From Hyphomicrobiaceae bacterium (GTDB lineage Bacteria; Pseudomonadota; Alphaproteobacteria; Rhizobiales; Hyphomicrobiaceae): DNA of 64,000 bases. Positions 55,136 to 64,000 of the stretch are shown piece by piece. Both the position numbers and the translations under genes were made by a program. How positions within the stretch are numbered: the first letter of the stretch is position 1; the number at the start of each line of letters is the position of its first letter. The stretch is taken from NCBI GenBank assembly GCA_049116495.1, contig JAGDYV010000029.1, positions 3,040 to 67,039 on the forward strand. Reading direction: 5' to 3'. A model generated the notes under the pieces. That model had not been told where the DNA came from, did no database searches, and saw nothing but the letters and a program-made list of their open reading frames with translations.

Positions 55136-56223
55136 GAACAATGACAGCCAATTGGCGGGCGCAGTATTCGGATGGTCAATCGGCCCGAAGTTGGCGGTGC
55201 GAAATTCGGCTGGAAGCCAATGGGTTGTCGATCGATCGTGGCGACGAATACGAGTTGCAGATTTGGCCGTATAGTCAGCTGCGCAGTCACACGATGAAAG
55301 CGCGATCTGCCGAAATGATCGTCGAGCGCGGCGATACCCCCGGCGCCCAGTTACTCATTCGCGACGCCAGCGCGATCGAGCAGCTCAAGCGGATTGCGCC
55401 GCAACTCACAGTGTCCGGAAATCGTCGACGTTGGCTGACGCCCCTCCTCGTGGTTACCGGTGTGATTATTGCTTTGATCGCGGCAATATGGGCACTGGAT
55501 GTCAAGCCTGCCCGCACCATTGCAAATATGTTACCCGATCGCATGCGCCAATCGATCGGCCGCAGCGTGGTAGAGCACTTCAAAGCCAAAGGTCAGGTTT
55601 GCGATGTCCCCGCCGGTCGCAAGGCCATAAACCAACTTGTCGCGCGCTTGCTCGGGCAAGAGCCCACCTTAGAAATGTTCAGAGTTACAGTCGTTGACCT
55701 TCCCTTCCGTAATGCCTTTGCCACGGTCGGCGGCCAGATGATTATCACAAAAAAAATGATCACACAGGCGCAATCGCCGGATGAAATCGCAGGCGTTCTC
55801 GCACACGAAATTGGGCACGGTATCGAACGACATCCAGATGCCGGTTTGATCCGCGCGCTCGGGTTGTCTCTCCTGCTCGAAATCATCAGCGGCGGCACCG
55901 GCCTGCTCAGCAGCTTCAGTCTGCATCTTCTAGAGACGGGGTATCGCCGCCAGGACGAGCGTGCCGCCGATCAACAAGCACTCCGCTTGCTTCGGCAGGC
56001 CGCAATCTCGAAAAAAGGCTTGGAGGATTTTTTCCAACGCCTCGCGGAAGAACAGAAGGAGTCGTCTGTCGAAGCTCTAAAGCTCGCACTCGATTTTCTG
56101 CGCACGCACCCCTATCCGCAGCAGCGCCTCGAAGTCGTTCGCCGCGCGCCGTCGTACGTGGCAACGCCATCACTTAACGCTTCTCAATGGAAAGCCCTAC
56201 GCGCAATTTGCCCGCATGAATAA
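55132..56223 (+). CDS. M48-family zinc metallopeptidase with an N-terminal extra domain
   Basis: ATGA overlap with the DUF898 gene. One TM span (LTPLLVVTGVIIALIAAIWAL), HEIGHGIERH (HExxH) and downstream ERAADQ (third zinc-ligand region). Confidence 0.85.
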   Translation: MRTMTANWRAQYSDGQSARSWRCEIRLEANGLSIDRGDEYELQIWPYSQLRSHTMKARSAEMIVERGDTPGAQLLIRDASAIEQLKRIAPQLTVSGNRRRWLTPLLVVTGVIIALIAAIWALDVKPARTIANMLPDRMRQSIGRSVVEHFKAKGQVCDVPAGRKAINQLVARLLGQEPTLEMFRVTVVDLPFRNAFATVGGQMIITKKMITQAQSPDEIAGVLAHEIGHGIERHPDAGLIRALGLSLLLEIISGGTGLLSSFSLHLLETGYRRQDERAADQQALRLLRQAAISKKGLEDFFQRLAEEQKESSVEALKLALDFLRTHPYPQQRLEVVRRAPSYVATPSLNASQWKALRAICPHE

Positions 56224-56239
56224 GGCTGCTGCCGCCCCT

Positions 56240-57463
56240 TCAGAGACCTACCGAGTTGCGCAACTTGAGCTTGGCGACGCTTGCGGCGATGCGCGTCATC
56301 GCTTTGCTCAAATTGTCGTCCGACGTGGCCGTCGACAGGCGCACGAACGGACTGAGACTGTAGGCACTGCCTGGCACGGCAGCCACGAACCCGTCATCGA
56401 GCAAGTATTGGGCGAAGGCCACATCGTCAGTTATCGTACTGCCATCCGGTGCAATGGCCCCGATAACGTTTTCACAACCGATATAGGTATAAAACGCACC
56501 GCCCGGCGGATCGAGCGTCAGCGCGGGCACCGCGGCGATACCGTTGACAACGATGTTACGTCGCCTCTCGAACGCCGCGCAGAATTGGGCGATATGGTCT
56601 TGCGGCCCGTTAAGTGCCGCCGTGGCGGCAGCCTGGGCGATCGAGCAGGCACCGGACGTGATCTGAGATTGCACTTTCGTCATCTCAACGATCAACTGTC
56701 TTGGGCCGGCGCCGTAGCCGATCCGCCATCCGGTCATGGCATAGGCTTTCGAGACACCATTGACGATCAGCGTTCGATCGCGCAACTCGGGACACGCACT
56801 TGCAAACGACACGAATGTCTGACCATCAAACAAGATATGCTCGTAAATCTCGTCAGCCAGGACAAGGACCTTGGGGTAGCGAGCCAACACCTCACCAAGT
56901 TCCTTCAGATCCTGCGCCGTATAGCAGGCGCCGGCAGGATTCGACGGCAGATTGAGGAACAGCCAGCGCGTTGACTGGGTGATCGCCCTTTCAAGCACCG
57001 CCGGCGTCAGGCGAAACCCATCTTCGGCCATGCAAGGAATGACAACCGGCACACCACCAACGACAGATGTCATGGTCTTGTAAATATCAAAGTGGGGCGC
57101 ACAAAGCAGGACTTCCTCCCCCGGCTCCAGTGTTGCCATCAACGCGTCGAACAGCACCTGCTTGGCTCCGTTCGAAACAATGATCTCTCCCGGCATATAG
57201 GTCAGGCTGTTCTCGCGCTGAAACTTGTCGACGACCGCCTGTTTCAATTCCTGCGTTCCGTCGGTTGGCGGATAGCGCGTCTTGCCGGCGAGCGCCGCTT
57301 GATGGGCTGCTTCGACGATATGGGCTGGCGTATCGAAGTCTGGCTCGCCAAGACCGAGATCGATCACATCATGTCCGTCAACTTTGAGTGCCTTGGCTCG
57401 ATCGCTAACCAACATCGAAGCCGACGGCTGGACAACCGATAATCGCGACGCAGCAAAACTCAT
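56240..57463 (-). CDS. Class I/II PLP-dependent (aspartate-type) aminotransferase
   Basis: 407 aa. LGLGEPDFDTP, NGAKQ, LFLNLPSNPAG, and VNGVSKAYAMTGWRIGY (PLP Lys). Confidence 0.9.
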   Translation of the reverse strand: MSFAASRLSVVQPSASMLVSDRAKALKVDGHDVIDLGLGEPDFDTPAHIVEAAHQAALAGKTRYPPTDGTQELKQAVVDKFQRENSLTYMPGEIIVSNGAKQVLFDALMATLEPGEEVLLCAPHFDIYKTMTSVVGGVPVVIPCMAEDGFRLTPAVLERAITQSTRWLFLNLPSNPAGACYTAQDLKELGEVLARYPKVLVLADEIYEHILFDGQTFVSFASACPELRDRTLIVNGVSKAYAMTGWRIGYGAGPRQLIVEMTKVQSQITSGACSIAQAAATAALNGPQDHIAQFCAAFERRRNIVVNGIAAVPALTLDPPGGAFYTYIGCENVIGAIAPDGSTITDDVAFAQYLLDDGFVAAVPGSAYSLSPFVRLSTATSDDNLSKAMTRIAASVAKLKLRNSVGL

Positions 57464-57553
57464 GATATTTTATCCCTAACTGTTGCCAGAAGGCTGTCCG
57501 CGCCTTTGGCCAACAAACCCGTATCAGACCCACAAGCGACAAACGTAAACCCG

Positions 57554-58174
57554 TCATTCAGCTAATTCGCAGCGAAAGACGCATCCTGCACCAACGTGCC
57601 AACCGGAATGCGCCGGTCCATAAGTTGCTGCGCCGCCGTTTTGCTCCGTCGCCTCAATCGGCACGGTCATGACACCCGCTGGAAACGCCGTTGCGTTCAG
57701 GCCATCGGAAGATGGACGCGCACCGGAACCGCCCGGATTGAAGCACAACACTTCAGAGCATAGCAAGCATATGCCTTGGTGTAGGCCAAGGGCACGTTGA
57801 TGCCCTTTTTGTCGACGCCGGACGTACCGGAAAAATCACAAGTAATGTGATCTTCGTGGATGTCGAGCTTGACCTTCAGGTCGACCGGTGTCTTGAAACC
57901 ATCGATCGTCCTCGTTAGCAGTGCTGCCTTGACCCCGCTCCGCTCGATTAGCGCGTTCGTCGCCAACGTCTTGCCATCAATGATCTGACCGACATGGGAG
58001 ACGTCGATACCCACCTTCGCACTGACTTGCTTGAAACCGTCGATGATCGCGTCATCTGGCGCCGCTTAGGTGGTCAGCACTTTCGCTGAGAACTGCGCTG
58101 CGCCGACCTCAAGCACGACGTCCGTAAACGTGTCACCGATGTCGACACCCTTCCGTACTGTCGTACTTATCCAT
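57554..58174 (-). pseudogene. Decayed hydantoinase/oxoprolinase (HyuA-HyuB type) remnant
   Basis: Minus-strand reading gives MDKYDSTE, a frameshift, then GVDIGDTFTDVVLEVGAAQFSAKVLTT, an in-frame TAA, then a HyuA-like TLATNALIERSGVKAALLT segment fused directly to HyuB-like ITCDFSGTSGVDKKGINVPLAYTKAYACYALKC, and in another frame NPGGSGA...PIEATEQ. Only ~0.6 kb remains of what is normally >3 kb. Confidence 0.7.
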
Positions 58175-58409
58175 CAAGACAGCCTGCCCAAAGAACTTCG
58201 GTGGTGAGACAGTGCATGGAACAGCATCTCATCGGACCATCTTTTTTATCCATAGGTTTTACGTTCTTCATCTCTGAAATGCCGAGCTATCAACGAATCC
58301 TTCGTGTCCGCAGGCGTGCTGGCGCCTCTTCCACCGATGACACTATGGTACTGGCGTCCTGCGACCCGCAGCCATATGCTGGATGTCGGCCCCCTGATGG
58401 AGATCATCC

Positions 58410-59312
58410 ATGCCTCACACACCTCGCTTCGGCGTCCTGGTCCTGCCCAATATCGCTTGGTCTGACATCCTCAAACGCTCCCAGCACGTCGAGCAACTCG
58501 GATTCGAATTGGTTACGACGGCCGATCACTTTTGCGATTGGAGCGATACGTCGCGTGACTGGCATGAAGGCTGGAGCGTGCTCGCCGCCGTCGCCATGGC
58601 GACAGAGCGGGTCCGAATCGCAACCTATGTGACGCAATTCCCGTTGCGCCACCCGGCCATGCTGGCACGACAGGCGCTGACCATCGATCATATCTCGAAC
58701 GGGCGCCTGGAGATTGGCCTGGGAACAGGCATTCCGATCGATCCGAGCTACGACATGATGGGTATTCCGAACTGGGATGGCAAAGAGCGCGTCGTTCGTT
58801 TCAAGGAATACGTCGAGGTCGTCGATCGACTGCTTTCCAATGAGGTCTCAAGTTTTACCGGGGAGTACTACACGATCAACGATGCGATCGTGAAACCGAG
58901 ACCGATCCAACAGCCTCGCCCGCCGATCGTGATCGCCGCACTCGGACCGGTGATGCTGCGCTTCGCCGCGCGCGTCGCCGACACCTGGGACACCATGAGC
59001 TTCGCCAAAACGTTTGCCGAGCAGTTGGTAGACCTGCATAAAAAGGTGAAGATCGTTAATGAAGCCTGCGCGAAGGCCGAGCGAGATCCGGCGACGCTGC
59101 GGCGCTCCTATCATATGTTTGACCCAGCCGCACGCGCCAGCGGTGGTGGGTTCAGCTACTACGAGTCGGTTGATGCCTTTGAAGATATGGCCGGCCAGAT
59201 TATGGAAGCCGGTTTCAGCGAACTCAGCCTCTACTACCCGGTCCTACCCGAACAGATCCCGACTTTCGAACGGATCGCACAAGAGCTGTTGCCGAAGTTG
59301 CGCGCGTCGTAG
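58410..59312 (+). CDS. LLM-class (luciferase-like) flavin-dependent oxidoreductase
   Basis: 300 aa. RFGVLVLPNIAWSDILKRSQHVEQLGFELVTTADHF and ISNGRLEIGLGTG are typical LLM-family segments. Confidence 0.8.
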   Translation: MPHTPRFGVLVLPNIAWSDILKRSQHVEQLGFELVTTADHFCDWSDTSRDWHEGWSVLAAVAMATERVRIATYVTQFPLRHPAMLARQALTIDHISNGRLEIGLGTGIPIDPSYDMMGIPNWDGKERVVRFKEYVEVVDRLLSNEVSSFTGEYYTINDAIVKPRPIQQPRPPIVIAALGPVMLRFAARVADTWDTMSFAKTFAEQLVDLHKKVKIVNEACAKAERDPATLRRSYHMFDPAARASGGGFSYYESVDAFEDMAGQIMEAGFSELSLYYPVLPEQIPTFERIAQELLPKLRAS

Positions 59313-59362
59313 CTGCGGATGCGCCGCTGCAAATACTCGGCAACAAATTGCCAGGAGCGCAC

Positions 59363-59536
59363 ATGAAGGAGAGCAACTATCAGTTGGCCGGGCTGGTGGG
59401 ATTCATTATAGCAGGGCTCGTCTTCATTGCCGCCGGCATCAATTTCGGCGATCCATTGACGATCATTGGTAGCGTCGTTTGGGTCATTTCATGCCTGATC
59501 TGGATGATCCCGCTGCTCAAGTCGGGAAATGACTAA
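59363..59536 (+). CDS. Small two-TM membrane protein (hypothetical)
   Basis: 57 aa from ATG 59363, 5 nt after AGGAG. Two hydrophobic helices (LAGLVGFIIAGLVFIAAGI, IIGSVVWVISCLIWMIPLL). Confidence 0.5.
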   Translation: MKESNYQLAGLVGFIIAGLVFIAAGINFGDPLTIIGSVVWVISCLIWMIPLLKSGND

Positions 59537-59669
59537 CCGACTAAGCGAGCGCCACGTGACCCCAGCCGGGGAGATTCGGATTGAACCCGACATCCCATAC
59601 CGTATTGCCGGCAGGCACACTGTCACGTAGCATCAAGCGACAAACTCAAAACTGTTGAGAGATCCCAAC

Positions 59670-60644
59670 ATGAAAGCGATCAGGGCCCATTCCTTTGGCG
59701 GGCCGGAAGTTTTGCAACTAGATGACGTCGATGATCCCACACCGGGTGCAGGCGAAGTCGTCATCGATGTACGCGCAGCGGGCGTCAATCCGGCCGACAC
59801 CTACATGAGAAGCGGTACATACGCGATCGTGCCCGAACTCCCCTATGTCCCGGGCGGTGATGCTGCAGGCATCGTTGCGAGCGTTGGCGAAGGCGTCGTT
59901 GACTATGCGGTTGGTGATAGAGTGTTCGCCGGCACCGCCCAGAGTTTCGACTTCACGGGCTGCTATGCGGAGAAAGTGAAACGGAAGATCGGCGAGATCG
60001 CACATCTGCCGGATAGAGTGGGTTTCGCCGAAGCGGCAACTTTCGGTGTTTCCTACACGACGGCGCATTATGCCTTGTTCATGCGCGGAAATGCGCAGGC
60101 GGGCGAGACAGTGTTCATTCATGGCGCGAGTGGTTCGGTCGGCACATCTGCCGTCCAACTCGCCAAACGCGCAAACCTCAAAGTTATCGGCAGCGGTGGA
60201 ACAGACAAAGGCCTTGAGCTGATCATGAAAGCCGGCGCCGACCATGCCGTCGATCATACGGCTCCCAATTATCTTGATGACGTCCGGCGCTTCACCAACG
60301 ACAAGGGACCCGAGTTGATCCTCGAGATGCTGGCGAACGTAAATCTTGCTGCCGACATGGACCTGGCCGCCAAATACGGGCGTATCATTGTGATCGGCAA
60401 TCGCGGTGAGATCACGATCACGCCACGTGTTGCCATGATGAAAGAGCTGGACATTCGCGGCATTGCCTTGTGGAACTCAACCCGCGAACAAATGAAACCG
60501 ATTTTGAGCGACATCCTAGCAGGCGTTGCGGACGGCACACTGAAACCGGTGGTCGGCAAGCAGTTTCCGCTGGCCGAAGCCGAAGCGGCACATATCGCGG
60601 TCTTGGAACCGGGCGCCCATGGAAAGATCGTCCTCGTGCCCTAA
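59670..60644 (+). CDS. NADPH:quinone oxidoreductase (zeta-crystallin-like MDR)
   Basis: MKAIRAHSFGGPEVLQLDDV, GVNPADTYMRSGTY, IHGASGSVGTSAVQLAK, and GKIVLVP C-terminus. Confidence 0.88.
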   Translation: MKAIRAHSFGGPEVLQLDDVDDPTPGAGEVVIDVRAAGVNPADTYMRSGTYAIVPELPYVPGGDAAGIVASVGEGVVDYAVGDRVFAGTAQSFDFTGCYAEKVKRKIGEIAHLPDRVGFAEAATFGVSYTTAHYALFMRGNAQAGETVFIHGASGSVGTSAVQLAKRANLKVIGSGGTDKGLELIMKAGADHAVDHTAPNYLDDVRRFTNDKGPELILEMLANVNLAADMDLAAKYGRIIVIGNRGEITITPRVAMMKELDIRGIALWNSTREQMKPILSDILAGVADGTLKPVVGKQFPLAEAEAAHIAVLEPGAHGKIVLVP

Positions 60645-60770
60645 TGGCCGCACGCTTGGCAATCTGAAAACGGAGTGTTAGACGGGCCAGCGCGAACTTG
60701 ACGAGGTGAGCAACGCGATGTTCCGCACTCATCGACAATACGAAACCACCGTGCCTGGGAACGACCTTGT

Positions 60771-60950
60771 ATGCACCAAGCCGAAAAGAACCGCCTTCTC
60801 AATTCGCCACTAAAGGTCGTTAATGTCGGCCTTGAAGGCTTCGCTCAGGAATTGAAGCAGCAGGATGTTGACGTTGTCCACGTTGATTGGAAGCCGCCTG
60901 CGGGCGGCAACACACGTCTGGCAAAACTTCTCTCCAAGCTCGGGACATAG
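60771..60950 (+). CDS. 59-aa ORF encoding what looks like the conserved N-terminal segment of DUF1116 proteins (separate frame from the main DUF1116 ORF; split gene or frameshift)
   Basis: My own translation (below the ORF-track length cutoff): MHQAEKNRLLNSPLKVVNVGLEGFAQELKQQDVDVVHVDWKPPAGGNTRLAKLLSKLGT, ending at TAG 60948-60950. The next ATG (60956) is in the -1 frame. Confidence 0.45.
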   Translation: MHQAEKNRLLNSPLKVVNVGLEGFAQELKQQDVDVVHVDWKPPAGGNTRLAKLLSKLGT

Positions 60951-60955
60951 CGGCC

Positions 60956-62206
60956 ATGGAGATCATTGAAGCCGCCAATCGCGAGGCGCTGCAGCGCATG
61001 CTGTCGGGCACACCGATCCTCAAAGACGTCGTTCCTGCCTCCGAAGCCATACCGGCGCTTAAGGATCGGATGATTCTGCATGCGGGACCGCCGATCACGT
61101 GGGATCGCATGTGCGGCCCGATGCGCGGCGCAATCACGGGCATTGCTGTTTTCGAAGGTTGGGCACCGGATCTCGAGACCGCAGCAGACATGGCAGCGGG
61201 TGGCGCCTTCGAATTCCATCCCAACCACCACTTCGATGCGGTCGGGCCGATGACCGGTATGACCACGGTCAGTCAACCAGTGATGGTTGTTGAGAATGAA
61301 ACCTTCGGCAATCGTGCGTTCTGTACGATCAATGAAGGTCTCGGCAAGGTCATGCGCTTTGGCGGCAACGATGATGAAGTTCTGGAGCGATTGCGCTGGA
61401 TCAGAGAAGTGCTCGGGCCGGCGATGTCGGCAGCGCTACGTGCTGATGGCGGCGTCCCGCTCAAGAGCATTGTTGCCCGTGGCCTGACCATGGGCGATGA
61501 GATGCACCAGCGTAACGTTGGCTGCTCCGGCCTGATGTTGCGCGCAATGGCTCCAGCGATGGCGGCCACCTCTCGCGACAATGCGGCCCTTTCGAAAGCA
61601 CTGGCCTTTGTCGCGAGCAACGATCAGTTCTTTCTCAACATCGCGATGGCGCTTGGCAAATCCCTGATGGATCCGGTGCGCGATATCGAAGGCTCCAGCA
61701 TCGTCACGGCGATGTCGCGCAATGGAACTGACTTCGGTATTCGCGTCAGTGGTACGGGCGACCAGTGGTTCACGGCGCCGGTTGAGATGCCCGAAGGGTT
61801 GTATTTCCCTGGCTACACTGAAGCGGACGCCAACCCTGACATGGGTGATTCAACCATTGTCGAAACAATTGGCCTCGGCGGCTTTGCGATGGGTGCTGCG
61901 CCTGCTGTTGCCGGCTTTGTCGGAGCCGGAACTGCGTCCGAAGCAGCCAACTTTACGCACTCGATGCGCGAGATCACGTTCGGCGAGAATCCGGAATGGG
62001 CGATTCCGGCACTCGACTATCTCGGTGTCCCGACCGGTATCGATATCCGCTATGTCGTCGAAACAGGACTCGCTCCAACCATCAATACCGGCATCGCCCA
62101 CAAACAGCCTGGGATCGGACAGGTCGGTGCGGGTGTCGTGCGCGCGCCGCTGGCATGTTTCGAGCAAGCGCTCGAAGCACTGGCCGAACGGGTAAATGCA
62201 GCATGA
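60956..62206 (+). CDS. DUF1116 (YlbE/YahG-like) domain protein, main body
   Basis: MEIIEAANREALQRML...ILHAGPPITWDRMCGPMRGAITGIAVFEGWA is characteristic of DUF1116 proteins that accompany FdrA. ATGA overlap with the next gene. The ORF-track start at 60887 overlaps the better-looking frame of the 59-aa ORF. Confidence 0.75.
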   Translation: MEIIEAANREALQRMLSGTPILKDVVPASEAIPALKDRMILHAGPPITWDRMCGPMRGAITGIAVFEGWAPDLETAADMAAGGAFEFHPNHHFDAVGPMTGMTTVSQPVMVVENETFGNRAFCTINEGLGKVMRFGGNDDEVLERLRWIREVLGPAMSAALRADGGVPLKSIVARGLTMGDEMHQRNVGCSGLMLRAMAPAMAATSRDNAALSKALAFVASNDQFFLNIAMALGKSLMDPVRDIEGSSIVTAMSRNGTDFGIRVSGTGDQWFTAPVEMPEGLYFPGYTEADANPDMGDSTIVETIGLGGFAMGAAPAVAGFVGAGTASEAANFTHSMREITFGENPEWAIPALDYLGVPTGIDIRYVVETGLAPTINTGIAHKQPGIGQVGAGVVRAPLACFEQALEALAERVNAA

Positions 62207-63699
62207 CCGAAGTCATCCTCAATGACGTCCGCCGCGGCTACTATGCCGATTCGGTTGCCTTGATGCAGCTCTCGCAAAAAATTGTATGCCTCGAAGGCGT
62301 ACAAGAGGCTGCCCTGATGATGGGAACGCCGGCCAACATCGAAATCCTGGCGGATGCGCGTCTGCTGGCCGATGTCGGTCGCCAGGCCCAGGGCGGCGAC
62401 CTTATCCTTGCGATCCGCGCCGATCATATAGACGCCGCGAACAAGGCAATGGCCGACGCTACAAGTCTCCTCTCGCGGTCCCGCGCTGCTGATGGCGAGC
62501 AGCTCTCGTGGCGCCCGAAGACGACTCGAGCTGCCATCAATGGCATGCCGGACGCCAATCTGGCACTTATCTCCGTTCCCGGCGACTTCGCAGTTGCCGA
62601 GGCGCGCAAGGCGATCCGGCGCGGCCTCGATGCAATGATCTTCAGTGATAACGTGTCCGTCGAAGACGAGGCAGCGCTCAAACGAGAAGCGCAAGAACTT
62701 GACCGTCTCGTCATGGGACCGGACTGCGGCACGGCGATCATCAACGGCATACCACTGGCATTCGCCAACCGGGTTCGGCGCGGCAACGTCGGCATCATTG
62801 GTGCGTCAGGCACCGGTATCCAGGAAGTATCATGTCTGATCGACCGCTTTGGCGGCGGCATCTCGCACGCGATCGGCGTCGGAGGACGCGACTTGAGCCA
62901 CATGGTGGGTGGCCTATCGACGCTGATGGCGCTTGATATGCTGGACAGGGATCCGAATACCGAACGCCTGGTCTTGATTTCGAAGCCACCACCAGCCGGA
63001 GTGGCCGCGAAAATCCTGGAACGGGTTTCGGCGTCGCGCAAGCCAACGACGATTTGCTTCATTGGAGCGCACAACCTGCAGATGCCGGCGAATGCTACTC
63101 AGGTCGCAACACTGTTGAGCGCTGCCGAACATGCTGCATCCAAGCGGCCAAATCCAGTTCCATCACACGTTCCTGGATTCGATATCCCGTCAAGTCACCG
63201 CCGAATTCACGGGCTTTTTTCCGGCGGCACCCTGTGTGCGGAAGCGCAGGTGATATTCCAATCGGCAGCAGAGCATTTTGTCTCCAATGCGCCAATCCCG
63301 GGCGCCCCATCGGCCAGCGCCGGCAGTGATGAGCATGCGCTCCTGGACCTTGGAGCCGACGAGTTTACCAAGGGACGGCCGCATCCGATGATCGACCCTT
63401 CCGTGCGGGACCGAGCGTTGCTTGAGGCTCTGAGTTCCGAGCGAACAGCGGTCATCTTGCTCGATGTTGTTATCGGATTTGGATCGCACCACGATCCTGC
63501 CGGCCATCTGGTCGCTCTACTCAATCAACAATCAAGAATCGCACGACCTCAGATTGTTGCATCGGTGACCGGCACCGACGCCGACCCGCAGAACCGGTCA
63601 TCTCAAGTGGCGAAACTTGAGTCCGCCGGCATTCACGTTGCACCGACGAACGCTGAGGCTGCAGCTTTGGCACTTGCGGCGATCGCGCAAGATAAGTGA
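62203..63699 (+). CDS. fdrA: FdrA-family protein (succinyl-CoA synthetase alpha-like acyl-CoA synthetase)
   Basis: 498 aa from ATG 62203. YYADSVALMQLS N-terminus, NVGIIGASGTGIQEV and ISHAIGVGGRD (CoA-ligase alpha-subunit-like motifs), and C-terminal HPMIDP. Confidence 0.8.
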   Translation: MTEVILNDVRRGYYADSVALMQLSQKIVCLEGVQEAALMMGTPANIEILADARLLADVGRQAQGGDLILAIRADHIDAANKAMADATSLLSRSRAADGEQLSWRPKTTRAAINGMPDANLALISVPGDFAVAEARKAIRRGLDAMIFSDNVSVEDEAALKREAQELDRLVMGPDCGTAIINGIPLAFANRVRRGNVGIIGASGTGIQEVSCLIDRFGGGISHAIGVGGRDLSHMVGGLSTLMALDMLDRDPNTERLVLISKPPPAGVAAKILERVSASRKPTTICFIGAHNLQMPANATQVATLLSAAEHAASKRPNPVPSHVPGFDIPSSHRRIHGLFSGGTLCAEAQVIFQSAAEHFVSNAPIPGAPSASAGSDEHALLDLGADEFTKGRPHPMIDPSVRDRALLEALSSERTAVILLDVVIGFGSHHDPAGHLVALLNQQSRIARPQIVASVTGTDADPQNRSSQVAKLESAGIHVAPTNAEAAALALAAIAQDK

Positions 63700-63833
63700 A
63701 CATCTTCCGATCCTGGGCAACCCCGATGAGATAGCACCGAAATACTGAAACCGGGCCGCAATTTGTCTCCTGTTTTACCAGCCCCCGTCGTGCTCTAGTC
63801 GCGTAACGCTAAGTTCCATCCAGAGCAGGCTTC

Positions 63834-64000
63834 ATGGGTAACAAGAACATTCGCGTCGCTATCGACATCGGCGGCACCTTCACGGATCTACAGGTCCTCA
63901 ACCTCGACAGCGGCGCGATTCATGACTTCAAATCACCGTCCACGCCGCACGACCCATCCGAGGGCCTGATTGCCGCGCTCAACAGCGCGGCATCTCGGTT
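63834..64000 (+). CDS. Hydantoinase/oxoprolinase (HyuA-type) N-terminus; 3' end outside the window
   Basis: My own translation from ATG 63834: MGNKNIRVAIDIGGTFTDLQVLNLDSGAIHDFKSPSTPHDPSEGLIAAL. It carries the DIGGTFTD motif of the hydantoinase A/oxoprolinase N-terminal domain. Confidence 0.75.
   Translation, partial: MGNKNIRVAIDIGGTFTDLQVLNLDSGAIHDFKSPSTPHDPSEGLIAALNSAASR

Noticed and set aside
56216-56974. 252-aa plus-strand ORF.
   Set aside because: It is entirely antisense to the well-supported aminotransferase gene (56240-57463) and has an Arg/Gly-rich translation that does not look like protein.
1-64000. Looked for CRISPR arrays, tRNA/rRNA genes, IS elements and transposases, integrases, and prophage or toxin-antitoxin modules.
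   Set aside because: I saw no regularly spaced direct repeats, no tRNA-like T-arm/acceptor patterns and no transposase or integrase-like translations. This was visual inspection only; tRNAscan-SE, Infernal, ISfinder and CRISPR finders should confirm.

Overview
GC-rich chromosomal segment. Its gene content (Bug/TctC-TctB-TctA tripartite transporter, a family-5 Dpp-type ABC system, many amidohydrolase/aminotransferase catabolic genes, frequent ATGA-coupled operons) looks alphaproteobacterial, possibly Hyphomicrobiales-like; this is inference only. I can support about 55 protein-coding genes, one clear multi-lesion pseudogene, one possibly split gene, one clear intrinsic terminator and a few repeat or operator-like sites. 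By eye I saw no rRNA, tRNA, CRISPR array, transposase or integrase. Most of the window is ordinary transport and nitrogen/organic-acid catabolism. The stand-out loci are: (1) 28213-33547 (minus strand), an EctB-like diaminobutyrate transaminase directly upstream of a 1345-aa Pls/PosA-type membrane-embedded A-T-only NRPS, my best candidate for an undescribed cationic poly-amino-acid system, possibly poly-Dab; (2) 9950-13477 (minus strand), a membrane protein, wHTH regulator, UppS paralog and B12-radical-SAM unit carrying the same ACTTTG-N5-CAAAGT palindrome at two gene starts; (3) 17108-18099, two convergent genes for small Sec-exported, extremely Arg/His/Trp-rich proteins, with an 18-bp tandem repeat upstream and a shared terminator; (4) 47697-52877, a solitary dynamin-like GTPase co-transcribed with an unknown Q/P-rich helical protein, divergent from a membrane-anchored protein with four ~30-aa charged repeats. 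All functional calls come from motif recognition in the translations; no database search was possible.
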